64,000 nt of DNA, taken from contig OZ024740.1 in assembly GCA_964016885.1 (NCBI GenBank), positions 410,502,001-410,566,000 of the forward strand, given 5' to 3'. This document shows positions 28,111-42,517 of this stretch, in pieces (positions within the stretch are counted from its first letter, which is position 1; the number at the start of each line of letters is the position of its first letter). The notes below the pieces were generated by a model. The model ran no database searches and was not told the DNA's origin. It was given only the letters and a program-made list of their open reading frames with translations. Both the position numbers and the translations under genes were made by a program. The stretch is from Eledone cirrhosa. Its lineage: Eukaryota.

Positions 28111-30519
28111 CTTGAAAAAACCACACACAGTAACAAAATCTGAGTATTGCATGATGAGATGATATATTCATGCACATCGTTATTGAAATATAATTTTATG
28201 ATGTCTTTGTGGTTAATTTGAACAAATCGAAAACAAAATGGGCGATTATTGTTGAATGGAAACTTATGACAGATTATTTATATCTATTAACTCTATAAAC
28301 ACATAGCTACTAACATGTCCGCCTCTTTTGGTACAATATTTATCTACCAGGGACAATAGGAATGCTTCAAAGACATCTAAATCACCAGTTATGTTTGAAT
28401 ATATTTCAATAATTAGTTTTCATTTTTCAATTTGTTAGAATATTGATTGTCGCTAACGTTTGCTTTTTTTTTCACGCTCAGTAATTTTCATATATTCTGA
28501 CGTAATATAGCTGGCGAAGAACGAGTTTGTGAACGTAAAACAATAAACAAAGACATAGTCTAAGAAAAAAGAAATAAAGATCACATCAAGCCATTATTAT
28601 CTAAAATATTTATGTTTAAGTCTGTTAGCTATTATGGTTATTATCTTCAGTTGTTTTCATAAGACAAGTGAAGCGTGGGCAGCCAGCCTCAAGATAAGAT
28701 AGCGGAAATAAATAGTCAACCATTATCACAAATTTTGAAATGTCCTCTTGAAATAGAAAAGTTCGTTTTACTTTGAATTGAATGACAGTCAGTCATCACT
28801 TATTCCTTTTACATCTCATTGATGTGGTGAATTGAGAAAAAGAAGGATAAATAATATAAATGACATTGATAAAAAACAGACTACTTTTAACTTGGAAACA
28901 ACGAATAGTCGTCATTTATACGAATAAGATAGGCATTACAAATTCAGGTAAAATGGTTTAAAAAGTAATATAAATAATATAACAGAACTAAGCTGGTAAA
29001 ATGTAATTGCACAGCACTATCCTTACTTAAAATAATGTACTGTTTGTATTCATTGTGTCTTTAAAGCTTACAAAATTATATCCTATCATTTTGAGTGTCT
29101 TCATTTTACTTACAGATTTCAACAATGAAAGGATATAAATTACCAAGGAAGGATATAAACGGAAATACTTCATGAATTGGAAGAGTGATTAAAGGGAAGC
29201 ACAAAAACCCTTGCGGTATTTGTCCTGGTTCTCTGTGCTCTGAGATCATATTGCACTAAAGTTAATTTTGCTCTTCATCATAAAATAATGTACCAGTCAT
29301 GGGTGAGGGATCGACGATATTTCAAGAGCATCGTATATAATGCCCTGAAATATTTTTTCAGGATTTTTGCGTTCTAAATTGTTGGGATGGTATAATTAAA
29401 CTATGTTCGGGTTAATATCACCCTGGGTCACCTTGGATGCCTTTAATGGAGTCCACTGCGTTGCAAGCACTTGGGCTAGGCCTCCAGTTTCAGGATAACT
29501 TCGTGGCTTCCTTCATCAGCGTTGAAATTTCCGAATAAATAAATAACAATAGAGATTTCCTCAATAAACCGTAAGATATATCAACTCGGATGTTCAAATG
29601 ATCAGAGAAGGGGCAATATCGATGGCCTTTGCAGTCCCTTTCCTACTTGAACGATGACAAACCAACGAAATAAGCTGCAAGTGGTCTCTCTACCTGCCAC
29701 AATCTACCAATAAGTCTACGTAATTAGAGTTGAGCTAAAACTGCAACAATAATAATTATACTTATTTTATCCATTCTAGAAGAGTATGAGGTGTCTGTTG
29801 AGTATTGAACTTACAACGAAAATGAACATAATGAGATACAACCAGGTAATTTTCCGATGTCCTTTCAGATTTGCTATTCAGTTACAAAAGTAATATATTT
29901 TTATATAAGCAAAACTGACACATTTTGGTGGAGGGAATAACATTGAAAGACCAATTTATCCGTGTTTGAATAAAATTCGTAAAAATACTTAAGGGATTCT
30001 GTTTAGCTCTTTGCAAAGTTTGCCAATAATATACTTCTTATCTGTTGCACATGGCTGAAAGATGTATACATTTGGATGATAGAAACGAAATATTCTATGG
30101 ACCACAGGGGCAAAGCGCTGGCGAATTCCTGTTGAAATTGGAATTAGAACGTATGTAAATAATTACTGCAATCTATTAGGTTTAGAGGCTCAATTAATAA
30201 TGAATTCTGACATTTTAGGGGAAGGTATAGTCGATGAAACCATATTCCAGTACTTGAGTGTTACTTTCTTTTTATCGACATCAAGAAAGATGAGAAGCAA
30301 ATTGAACCGCAGTGGGACTGGAACTGAAAATATAAAGTGACGTAACTAAATACCACAAATTATTCTGTCCAACGTTCAAATGCTTCTACGAATTAAACAC
30401 CATGGATTCTATTGTAACTACTCTAAAACTGATAAAATAAACACAATTCTACAGTGTATTGCTTGAGTTGGTCGACACATCTTATGACATCATTTTGATA
30501 AATAATCACAAATACCAAT

Positions 30520-31010
30520 ACTATAAAGTAGTTTTCTGCTGATTGAATCGAAGGCTTTACGAAAATCTACAAAGCAGAGGGTGGCGTCTTTGTTGAATCT
30601 CTACATTTCCTCAAGTATTCGTCGAATACAAAGGATCTGAGCAATAGCTGACCCTCCTTTTCTGAACACGTTCTGATTTCTTCTCAGAAGAGGATGAGCA
30701 GCTGGTACTGTTCAGTTTAGCAAAAGCTTACTGTACAGTTTCGCAGCTATTGGGCTGTGTGAAATCCATCTGTAGTTATATGTGGTGGTTAAATCATCCT
30801 TCGTTGGTATTCGCACGATCCCTGACTTCAACCAAGCAGTTCGGGGAGAGTTGAAATGCAGGGAATGGTTGCACAATTTTAAAAGATGATCGTAGAATAT
30901 TGGATCCTTCAAGATGAAGACTTGTATGTTGTCCAAACCGGATGATTTGTTGTAGGAAAGGGATTTGAAGCCTGCAAACATTATGTAAGAATAGTTCTAG
31001 AATCATCATT
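30520..31010 (-). mobile_element. Degenerate RTE-like LINE RT fragment
   Basis: KSSGLDNI..LLKLCN..W.KSGIVRIP.KDDL..NYRWIS.SPIAAKLYSKLLLN. Confidence 0.75.
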
Positions 31011-34000
31011 GTAGCTGCAATGTTCCTCTAATATTCTAAAGCAGTGTGTGACACCTTAATAAACATCTATATGACACCTGAGAATCTATATCCTCATCTC
31101 AAGTTAAAGAAGGAGCCTCAGCGTTTATCCTGCTAGAATAAGCAGCCATCGTTCCTTAATAAAAGCAGTATTGTATTAATATATAAACGATGCTATGGTT
31201 GAAAATCGTTTGATAATAGGCTTGCTCAATCAGCGCTGACCAGGAGCTAAACAAGCTACGTTTTGCGTTCTGAGTTCGAATCTCGCTGAGGTCAATTTTG
31301 TATTTCATTTTTCCCGGCTCGGTAAATAAATAATAGTCTAAAGCAGAGTTGATTCTAGATGTAATGCAGCACTGATAAATGGCGTTCCAATGAAGTCTAT
31401 TAATAGAGTAAGTGTGATATGAAGGCGAGGGGATGGGTGGTACTGCTATTTCTTACTGATCTTCTGGAGGTTTTCTCTCATACAACGAGGAGAAATGGAT
31501 CCAAATCCCTCTAAATTCAAGAAAATATTAATGTTTATTAAAATTAACTTAAATATATTGTAGTTTTCGAATTATTTTCTGTAAAAAATAGAAGTAAATC
31601 TAACTACTAAGATACTAACTACTAAGATGATAACTCCTAAAAATATATTCTGACTTTGATACGCTATCTAATATGACAATTCCGTGAAGGAAATCTTGGC
31701 GGCTTTTGTATCACATAGATTTTAGGTTTCCAATGAGTTGGAATATCTTAAAAAACACAAAACACGGCGAGCATTACATTTATACTATTATTTATATTTT
31801 ACTTTTCATCTATATACTATATTTGAAATGTTTTAACCTGACTGATGGCTTGTAACAATACAGCATGTAATAATCTGTCATTATATAGCAGAGATAACAC
31901 TAATCTGTTTTATTTTATCTCTTCTCCGTTAAACACAAAATATGAAAGAACAAACGAAAATGTTCTAGATAGTATAACACGTAAACGTAAATGTGAAAAT
32001 GAAAGAATACATTTCAGGACAAGGAGAAGAAGTTTTCATTTATCGTTAGTGGAATCAGTAGAAAAGTTTTGACGTTTTCGCTTTGTATCAAGTGATGCAG
32101 GAAGTTAGATGAATTCCTCTATGTTGCCAAATCAGCTTATCGATTTCCCGTCTATTTTAACATGATTTAAATCTTCAGAAGTTGAAATATATTCAATATA
32201 AAAAGAAAAGGAAAATTCCCAATGACGTAGAAGATTCGCAAACATAGCATTCCAGAAAGAAATTCCATATATTATATCATTTTCCAGAATATGAAGTTGA
32301 AGACACTGTCTACTTTATTCATTTTTATGTTTTATGATTAAACTAAAATAGTTTCAACAAATGGAATGCCATTTTTTTTCTTTTCAAATGTATTGATGTT
32401 ATTCTAAGACAATTAATCTCTTGTTAACATGTCATATACAGCTAGCTAAGCAGAACATAGGGTGGTTTGACAAAGATCACACCTCAATATATAATAATTT
32501 TCTTTATATGTTTTCCGAATCAATAGCATAATTTTCTCATGCTTCAGATAATTCAATGAATATTCATTTATCTCGTTGTCATTGTTGTAGCCTAGGACAG
32601 CTATGTAAGCAACGGGGATGTATCGTTGACTACCCGATATATTAATATATCAGTAAGTGCTTTACCCAATATATTCTTAATGTAAGACAATTGGAAGGAT
32701 GTTTGAGTGCACTTTCGATCAAGATGAGAAACTACGCATATGTTCCCTATTTTAACTTGACTGTGTAAGACGCTGAGCGTCTTTCCCATAAAATGTGTTC
32801 TTCATATTCTGTAGGAAGTAACTAAAATATATATTTTGTTCGAAGCTCTAAGCTGCAAAGTTTGGGAAGAAAAAAAAATGCCTGTTGATTGGAAGTATTA
32901 CAACACACAAAAGTTCAAAGCCTTATTTTTCAGTGAAAAGATGTTTATAATATTAGCATACCTGAACTTGATAATGTTTATAACAGATCTCAACTTGTAG
33001 TGAAATTCTTCAGGGCTGATATTACTAAATGTATTCTCTTGAGACTCATTTTACTGCTTCCATTGATACGTCTCTAATTATTTATGTTCTTCTCAATAAT
33101 GAATAAGATACCTTGTCGGTGATAATTCAAATCGCAAAGAAATAAAATCGATATACTTCAATATTTAGACTGAAGTAGTTTCTCAAACAGAAATGTGTTT
33201 TGTGCACAATCTGTAATGTGATTACTGACTTTAATGTCTACCATTAATAATAGTTAGATAACCAGACACCTGACATTCTCAGACAACACAGTCTGCAACA
33301 TATTTCAACGCAATATAGCAAACACAAGATGACATATTTCAATACAAGGAAACTATATTCTCAACTTTATTCTGATAGATCTTTCAGTAAAATTTACAAC
33401 TCCTACACAATGTAATCTCTATGTGGAAATTCCAATTGCTACGAACCACAGAAAACCTTCCTAAAATCACATACATGCCATATTACATTGAATAATATAG
33501 TCACTACTGAAACACATTTAATTACGAGTGTGAACCGGGGTTACATAACATAAATGAATTGCATTTATATGAAACAAAATTATATATATATAGTAATAAT
33601 AATAAATGTGAAGACTAAAATATAAAGAGGGCTCGATAAGGATAAATATATATCAAATATATAAGAACCCTAGAGAAAATATTTGTTAAAATAACAGATT
33701 AAAGTTTAAGCAAAGGATCGTTGCTTAACGGGATCTTCCCGTTAAGGGTGAAAGCAGTGATTCTTTGCTTAAACTTTAATATGTTATTTTAATATATATA
33801 TAATAGTCGGACGCACGCACACATATATGTATGTATGTTTATGTATATCATATGTATGTATGTTAAAGTATAATTTTAAGAAAAATAAGACTGTGTTTCT
33901 TCACTTGGGTAAACTAGTATAACGAATAAGTCGTTTATAATCTAGCGCTTTCGTCTTTCATGAGACTTATCTAGGTAATAAAATGGTAACTAAATCAAAA

Positions 34001-34216
34001 GTTCATTATGTGTATTTCGCATCTTATTACGTGGAGTTGTTATAGGTTAATTTCTGAATGAATTTCTTTATAAAATACTTTTCGATTTCTAGTCGGTAAT
34101 TTTTATCACCCATTAGACATTTATAAAAAGGGAATAATTTCAATTTGCTGTTCCTTCAAATTTCTATATGTTCACCTTGTGGGATTTTCGTTAATTCGGT
34201 TTTCGTATGTGTTGAT

Positions 34217-34405
34217 AATTGTTTCTACTTTTGGCACAGGGCCAGCAATTATCCCAGTGTATTACTGGTACTTTATTTTATCGACCCCGTAAGGATGAAA
34301 GGCAAAGTCAACCTCGGCATGATTTGAACTCAGACCATAAAGAGCCGTAACTCTTTGTTGTAAAACATGGCGTCCGACCCTCTACCGATACTGCCAATCC
34401 ACCGC
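34217..34405 (-). mobile_element. SINE, full length with 16-bp TSD
   Basis: cgtatgtgttgataat at 34204-34219 and 34406-34421. Confidence 0.92.
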
Positions 34406-34838
34406 CGTATGTGTTGATAATGCAGTCAGACTCATTCATGCAAAGAATTACTAGTCTGAATAATATAATGCTCTTTGCAACCAAGATAAACTATATAGTA
34501 TCTTAATTTTTTTTTGTTTTGCAATTCATTTCTGCATATCTTTTAAAGGAGTGCCCGTTTTTAGATTTTGCAACAGAACCAGTTTACAAATATTTACAAA
34601 TGTCATTTCTGTAGGTCCCACATCTGGTATTTCTACATTTCTGCATTAATTTTATGATGTACTAGATCACCAGTTGGTCCACGTTCACTTCAAAATATTT
34701 TTTAAAAATCGTGTTCACTTAAAAATAATTTTGAAATAATTAAAATATACACAGACATGAATTTATTGTGAAATGAAACTGGAAGGCCCATATATATATA
34801 CGTGTGTGTATGTATATAAATGTGTATATATATATATG

Positions 34839-34881
<43 letters not shown>

Positions 34882-34941
34882 ATGTTTGTGATCTATATAC
34901 ACAGGACATAGACACACACACACATATATACATAAAACACA

Positions 34942-35003
<62 letters not shown>

Positions 35004-35300
35004 CACAACAACACCACCAGCATCCTTTCTCTTCCATTCTCCTTCTCTGTCTCCTCTCCCCTCTCTCTATGTCTCTCTTTCAATCTACTCTCTCAGAACC
35101 ACTATCACTCTCTCTCACTTTGTTTATGAAGGTACCCGGAAAAACTCCATATCTTGGGACCCCGAGCTCCGATTTACGTGAAACTTGTTTTATTCCATTT
35201 GTATTCCCATTTCATGGCCAATTTCCTCTCAAAGTATTTTCCAATTATGCGCTCTTTTGGCTTTACAGAAAAGCAAGCAAGCAATCATAGAGTTTTAGTA

Positions 35301-35336
<36 letters not shown>

Positions 35337-35409
35337 CTGAAAATTATACTACATTTTTATATTATTCCGTTCACTACAAAATACATTTACACTTATGTAT
35401 GTATGTATT

Positions 35410-36806
35410 AAGGTCGCTCTCGAGTGCTACTGGTAACATGTAACCCAGTACAACCTGTCTCATGGTTGGGTCGTCGGTGACTATTCCGGCAACCCCATCA
35501 AGCTAGCTTGGTGAGGAGGGTGATATTGGACACCCTGCGGGATGAAATACAAGACCCGGCAAAGGGCGGAGGAACTCAGCAGAGTCAGCAACCATCCAAA
35601 TAGTATTTCCTTTTCTTTACCTAGGAGGGAAAGTCCCCCAGTTATTATCACAAAACCTTTCTCGGAGAGGCGAAACTCTGAAAAAAAAACCCTGCGGCTT
35701 CGGAAGCAAGCGATGATGTTGATTAGTTCTCCTTTTCGGGTAGTGTTTTCGATGTTAGAGTGCAAGGCCTTTCACCACTTAAAAAACCTTCAAAGCACAG
35801 GCATTGCTTGTTCAGGATATGTTACAGGTTTGTGTGGCTAGCGGAAGCCTAAAAATGCACCAAACTCTATAATCTGAAAAGCGATTGCAATACTCTTAGC
35901 AGAGTTTGCAGCCATCATGTATGTATGTATAATATGAAAGGTAGATCCTGTCATTTCTCCTGTTCACAATGTTTATGGACAGGATTGACATGCGCAGCCG
36001 GGTTGGAATTAGTAACGAGGTTGGCGGATGTAGGATCAATTGGCTGGAATTTACAGACGACATGGTATTACTTAACCCGTTAAAAGGTTACCTCCGAGGT
36101 GTATTTGATGAATTTGCTGTCGAGTGTTGCATGGCAGGAATGAAATTCTATACTGCGAAGATTGAGTCACGTGTCTTCTCAAGGAAGCCTGCGTAATGCA
36201 CTCAACATGTGAATGGAGTTCCACTAAAGTGGATGTAGATGTTCAAGTATATCGGGACCGTGTTCACGAGGGATGGAAGGCAGGGAGTTGATGTAGGTGA
36301 AATAATTGTAGTAATGCGCCAGCGTCAGCGTTCGCTCATCATCAGAAGGGAGGTAGGTGAAAAAACCAAACTCAATATCTTCAATTCAGTATTCATGAAC
36401 ACCCTTATCTCTGGTCGTAAATCGTAGGTAATGAATAAAAGAATACGATCGCGAATACAAGTAGCTGAGATGGGGTCCTCCAAAGGTGTTTGGATTAACG
36501 TTAATCGATAGATTGTGTAGCTTGGAGTTCAGGGATCGCTCCAGATAGAGCCACTACGTCTCCGAATTGAAAGATCACAGTTGCTATATTACAGACATGT
36601 GGTTAGAATGTCTCAAGAAAAAATCGTTGGACAGGTTTTACGGGCAAAACAAACCGACAAGACACCCAAGGGTAGACTCCGAGCAAAATGGCTGGATAAC
36701 ATCCGAATCAATTGGAGACGGTTGCTTCTCACGGGACCCACTAGAAGTCGTGCTTGAGGACTCAACTCTCACGACTCTCCCAGCAATAAGTGCGTGAAGA
36801 AGAAGA
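35410..36806 (+). mobile_element. Internally deleted RTE-clade LINE: GC-richer 5' leader, RT 3' half and (GAA)n tail
   Basis: FMDRID..LEFTDDMVLL..CCMAGMK..SRKP, FKYIG.VF..DG; ends gaagaagaagac. Confidence 0.8.
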
Positions 36807-37184
36807 CGTGTACGTCTTGGAAGCCGCTATAATACAGGTGGGATTGTAAACATCAAGGTAACAACATTCGGTGGTGAATGAGATAGGTGAAGCTAAGTGC
36901 AAAGAAGAGGTGAAGAGGAAGGGGAACAACAATCAGAGATTAAGTTATCTTAGTAATATTTATTAGTCCAAATATATTTCGGACGTCTATCCATTATCGA
37001 AAGATTAGTTGGAAACCTCGGAGAATATTGATAAGACTGTAATTTGAAGATATCAGTAGAGTTGGAACCTGTTGGGAAATTTGGGATTATATTTTGCTGA
37101 ACATCGTCTTTTGGAATTATGTAAAAACATTTAATGTATTATCAACTTTCCATTTTCCATACAGGGTCTGACCTTAAATATAAA

Positions 37185-37797
37185 TAATTGTGTCTACTTT
37201 TGGCTCAAGGCCAGCAATTATCCCAGTGTATTACTGTATTACTGGTACTTTATTTTATCGACCCCGTAAGGATGAATGGCAAAGTTAACCTGCGCGGGAT
37301 TTGAACTCAGATCATAAAGGGCCGTAAATCTTTTGCTGTAAAGCATGGTGTCCGACCCTCTACCGATACTGCCAATCCACCGTTAAATATAAATAATAAT
37401 TGTTTCTTCTTTTGGTACAAGGCCAGCAATTACCCAGTGCATTACTGGTACTTTATTTTATCGACCTCGTAAGGATGAAAGCAACATTAACCTCGGCGGG
37501 ATTTGAACTCAGAATGGCAAGGGCCGTAACTCTATACGTCAAAGCATGGCGTCCGACCCTCTACCGATACTGCCATAATAATAGTATTAATTTATTCTAC
37601 TTTAGGCACAAGGCCAGCAATTTGAAGGGAATGGGAAAGTCGATTAACTCGACCCGAGTGCATTACTGGTGCTTTATTTTATCAACCTCGTAAGGATGAA
37701 AGGCAAAGCTAACCGCGGCGGGATTTGAACTCAGAACGTAAAGGCCCGAAACTACGAAGCATGGTGTCCGACGCTCTACCGATACTGTCAATCCACT
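37185..37797 (-). mobile_element. Tandem trimer of the SINE
   Basis: Copies at about 37185-37382, 37397-37574 and 37590-37797; ttaaatataaataat is duplicated around the first. Confidence 0.9.
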
Positions 37798-37849
37798 GTT
37801 CAAAATAGACATTTGTTCTAATGTTTCTTTGTTTTACTATCGTAAGATA

Positions 37850-38700
37850 TCTAATGTTTGAACTGCATTTCTAACGGTTTCCGTAGTCGATATAATGGAC
37901 TGTTTCCTTTCTGCCTTAATAATGTGTGGATCTGTGCCTATGACGGAGACCAGTATTACAAATGAAAAATGAATCGGGTTCTCTAAACCTCTGGAAAATA
38001 ATGAATTTTTTATTATGAATTCATTTAATGCTTACCCAATAACAAAGTTTTAAACAGACGACGCTTTTGGGATAAAAACATTGTATAGAAATCACATGTC
38101 ACAATACCGTTATAACTTCTTATCTGATTACTTTTCGAATGTATTTGCTTGTTAACTTCTAATAAATCAATTCCCGAAGATATAAGATGAGACACATCTA
38201 ACCTGATATAATAGCACGACAGAATGTTTGATCTGTTGTGAACATGGAAACATGAGAATGTGTAAATTCGTAAGAGATAAATATCCTTGGGGGCTATTTT
38301 AAATTTCATAGCTTGGAAACCTATAACTATGACAAATTTTACCATATGAATAATTGAACCCTGTACTGTAAGATGACAAAATTTCTCTCAATGATTTATT
38401 CTTTAATCCTCTTTCGGTGATGATCTATACATCCTCATAAGACTCTATTCCATCTGCGTGGACATATCAATTGCGAGTCAACAGTTTTACCCGTGTCTCG
38501 AATGAATAATATGGACTGAAGCCTATAGGGTTATATTGTCAATGATATGTTGGCTCAAACCGCCTTCAATGGCGTATTGTGAACTTTTAATACATCTATG
38601 ATTACCCGAAGCAGAGACAGGCATTGAGAAGTACTATTCCTTGTCAGATACATAGAATAGTACAAAATATAGGCTTGATCATGTGATGTTAAATACTTCG
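37850..38700 (-). pseudogene. Possible very old mariner-type transposase fossil
   Basis: Scattered remnants (PRRW..VL, GIVTCDFY) resemble mariner WVP and TVN..Y regions; no TIRs identified. Confidence 0.3.
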
Positions 38701-39524
38701 ATTTATTTCAATGCATGATGAAGATTTTATGAGAACTATTATACACACTGGTTGCCATTAATTTAATTGATAACTGGTAAGGTTGTTTGCTCTGTGCTCT
38801 TTTTACTGCTTTGTTTGGGCAAATTATTATCATATAAAATTTTAGTTGTGAATTTATATATTGGCTAAGCGACCGTTTTTCGTTGATATAGAGAACAACA
38901 TAAACAGTATAATTAAAATTTAAGTTAATTTCCGAATTCAGTATTGCATACGAACTCTTTTGAAGGTAATTAAAAATTTGTGTCCATAAAAAGTCTAATT
39001 CTATTTTGTCATAGTATTTTCATTCAAATTCAATAAAAATTATACATAAAATGCTTGTTTTTTTTTTGATCATAATATGGTCTCCCTCTTTGATATAACT
39101 TTCAAGCTTCTCGTAGGCTCAATGAAAAAATATATTTGTGTTAATAATAGGCAAATAATAATGGTATATTAATAGAATAAATACTTTCTGAGCTTACGTC
39201 GATCATGGATATAATTAGGATTTAGCTGTCACGTTAATCACTAAATATCGTGTGAATAATTCAATTATGTTTAAAGTGGATCTTATTTCAAAGAATCAAA
39301 TGTGTTTAATTTGTTCGTTGGGAGTTTGTTAGGGTTGTTAAGTGATAAAGAACTATAAATATTTGGTGATGTAAAATATTAATGCAGGTTGTAACGGCAG
39401 AATTATTATATAAATGAGTTAAAGTTACGACTGTTTTGAGATGTGTTCCGTTAGTAACGAAAATACAGAACTTTTAGGAGAGTGTACTTATAAATGATCA
39501 ATAGAATGTAGCGATATAGTGTGC

Positions 39525-39568
<44 letters not shown>

Positions 39569-39631
39569 GCACACTATATAAGTATGTATATATATATATA
39601 TATATATACAGTATATATATATATATAAATG

Positions 39632-39665
<34 letters not shown>

Positions 39666-39736
39666 TATACACATATATATGTGTGCTCTGTTATTATTTC
39701 TGGCAATATTACAAAAAAATGACCCTCCCCAACTAT

Positions 39737-39805
<69 letters not shown>

Positions 39806-40103
39806 GTGGATTTTCGTCCAATTGAGTTGCGGTAGGAATTGTTCAGTTTGGGGGATTGAAAACACTTTTCAGGGAAAGTACACATGGTTTATGTATTTCC
39901 TGTACCAGTAAATACATTATAGAAAAGAGATTATATTCAAATTTAGACGTATCTCTTTACTGCTTAACAGCTTAGAAACTGGTTTGTGTGTCCTGCTTAG
40001 GAATTAGGTTAAAACACTGTAATCCTTGAATCACAGTTTTTAAACTTGTGGTCATTAAAGAACAAAAGAATAATAATTAGAAAAGAAATTAATAACAAGC
40101 TGT

Positions 40104-40756
40104 AAAAACACCCTGTAATAAAAAGCATGGCTTTTTATGTATTCTCTCCTTTATATGTTGAAGAGCCCGGAACAATTTCCTTGAGCTCACTATATTACAG
40201 GGTACAACGCGAGTCCTTTACTCTGTAATTTCATTTGATATTTTAGCACCACACACCCCGTCGGTCGAGCACAATTTAATTTGAATGGTAATATGCTGCA
40301 CTTTCTAGCAATTTTACTCAACTATTCAGACCACCAGATATAGTAATAAGCACGTATTTCTCTCACCACGTGCTGAAGACTAGTTTCTAACTTAATATTA
40401 GAGAGCAAGACACATTATCTGAAAGAAACAGCTGCTGATGAACTATGGACAATGGGATCATTGTAGCTGATTTAGTGACACAATCCTGCCATCGACTGTA
40501 CAGGTGTAATAGTTATGGAGGTACTCTTTCATTTTATTCATCTGTTTGATTATAATGTTTATCTCGTACCTTACACAGTTTATATGTCTTTCACTCTGGT
40601 GGTAAAAACACCCTGTAATGAAAAAGCATGTTCATTTCATGTATTGTAATATATATTTCAAGTATTGTAATATATATTTTGAAGAGCCTAGAAAAATTTA
40701 CATGAGCTCATTATATTACAGGGAACAACGCGCGTCCTTTTCTCCGTTGCTTCATT

Positions 40757-40760
<4 letters not shown>
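40104..40760. repeat. Diverged direct repeats of about 140-155 bp (40104-40240 and 40604-40760) ending at (TA)n
   Basis: aaaaacaccctgtaat...gagctca.tatattacaggg.acaacgcg.gtccttt occurs twice. Confidence 0.85.
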
Positions 40761-40814
<54 letters not shown>

Positions 40815-40816
<2 letters not shown>

Positions 40817-41982
40817 TTTATTATAGCTCATAAAATAATACAACTGGTTTTTCCACATTATACATATTGTTAGCACCCCAAACACTTAAATTGGGTTTAT
40901 ATTTTAATATAACCTAATGTTTGTTGAGTGAGATGGTTCCCAGTCAGAGTTTAGCTTTAAACTATCTCTGTTATTTTATTAAATATTTACTCTTGATTGG
41001 CCAGAGGTGTTTATTTCCAGGTACCTTATGAATTTGACTTTCCGTATTTATTACTGTTGTGAAATATTGCGGCTTTTTTTGGTTGTAACTTCTCTGTTTT
41101 TTAGCCTAGGAAAATATATATATATGCCTACGTATATAATTACATGCATATATGTATTTATTTTCTTTTATTAATTGAGTTCTTTACACGAGGAATTAAT
41201 ATTGGTTTTGAAATAACTAATTAACCTGCGTGTGTTTTATATTTTACTCTTAATAATTCGGCCGGAGAATTATATTCCCATTTGCCCTTTATAGCATAAC
41301 TTTCTGCATTTACTGCGGTTATGAGAAGCGGTTCTTATTCGGGTACAACTTCTCATTTAGCCTAGGAAAATATCTATATGCGTGTGTAATTTATACAAGC
41401 ATATATTTATTTTTTATTTTCAATTGAGTTCTTGAACACGTTGGATTGATAATGTTTTCAAAAAAACTAATTAACCCGCGTGTATATTATTTTTTTTCCT
41501 CATTTCGTGGATCGTGGGTTGTCTCCCCTTCCCGCTTCGTGTCGCTATGATACTTCCTCAGTCAAAAACTACTGGAATTTCAAATTTGGCGGTCATTCGA
41601 GGTGAGAGAGAGCAACTTTACGGACATGATTTTTGACAGCGGTAAGAAATTGTTTTCTTATATCAATGTTTAATGGGCTTCCACTGATGATTTATAAGTG
41701 CCCACCTAAATATATTCTTACATGAATATATATTAGGCTTCTACATAAACTGGAAACATTCTCCCAAACTTGTAGAAAACTTATAATGAAACAATTGTTT
41801 GGAAAGAGAGATATACTTTAACTTTAATTATATCTCATAAAATAATACAACTGGCTTTTCCACATTATACATATTGTTAGCACCCCAAACACTTAAATTG
41901 GGTTTATATTTTAATATAACCTAATGTTTGTTGAGTGAGATGGTTACCAGTCAGAGTTTAGCTTTAAACTATCTCTGTTATT
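40815..41982. mobile_element. (TA)n-bounded non-coding unit with about 160-bp terminal direct repeats (pseudo-LTR-like)
   Basis: 40815-40975 matches 41822-41982; internal duplication 41099-41240 and 41357-41490; partial hammerhead on the minus strand at 41531-41563. Confidence 0.65.
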
Positions 41983-41983
41983 G

Positions 41984-42018
<35 letters not shown>

Positions 42019-42025
<7 letters not shown>

Positions 42026-42422
42026 GTTAGAATATGTGTAATAAGGCCAAGACAATGCAGATATGGACATAGAAAAAAGAATGCAATAGTGAAAGATATT
42101 GATGAGAATTCGTCTTTCACCTTGAATTTATTTAAATGTCCTTAATTTTCGAGATAATATCTCTTCTTCGGAGGGAAGTAAAAGTCTCAGACCAGCGTCT
42201 AAATTTCCAATGAAGCCATGCATGGCTTCATTGGAAATTTAGACGCTGGTCTGAGACTTTTACTTCCCTCCGAAGAAGAGATATTATCTCGAAAATTAAG
42301 GACATTTAAATAAATTCAAGGTGAAAGACGAATTCTCATCAATATCTTTCACTATTGCATTCTTTTTTCTATGTCCATATCTGCATTGTCTTGGCCTTAT
42401 TACACATATTCTAACGTTTATA
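42019..42422. repeat. Perfect spacerless palindrome with 202-bp arms
   Basis: Centre ...gaagccatg|catggcttc... at 42220/42221; arms were reverse-complementary at every block checked. Confidence 0.97.
42267..42301 (+). ncRNA. Minimal hammerhead (U4C variant); mirror copy at 42140-42174 on the minus strand
   Basis: CCU-CCGAAGA-A-GAGAU(AUU)AUCUC-GAA-AAUU-A-AGG, then AATAAA. Confidence 0.65.
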
Positions 42423-42460
42423 CCTCATTACACAATGCTTCAAGTGAACTATAACCTCCT

Positions 42461-42517
<57 letters not shown>

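Noticed and set aside
35410-35700. Twister or HDV-like ribozyme in the RTE 5' leader (caagacccggcaaagggcggagg; ggcgaaactctg)
   Set aside because: Only fragments resemble the consensus and a complete fold could not be built by eye; an Infernal search would settle it
40364-40410. Hammerhead starting at CTGAAGA
   Set aside because: A hairpin follows, but there is no GAAA or stem III; other isolated CTGANGA hits (5061, 23618, 27134, 40435, 41684) also lack stems
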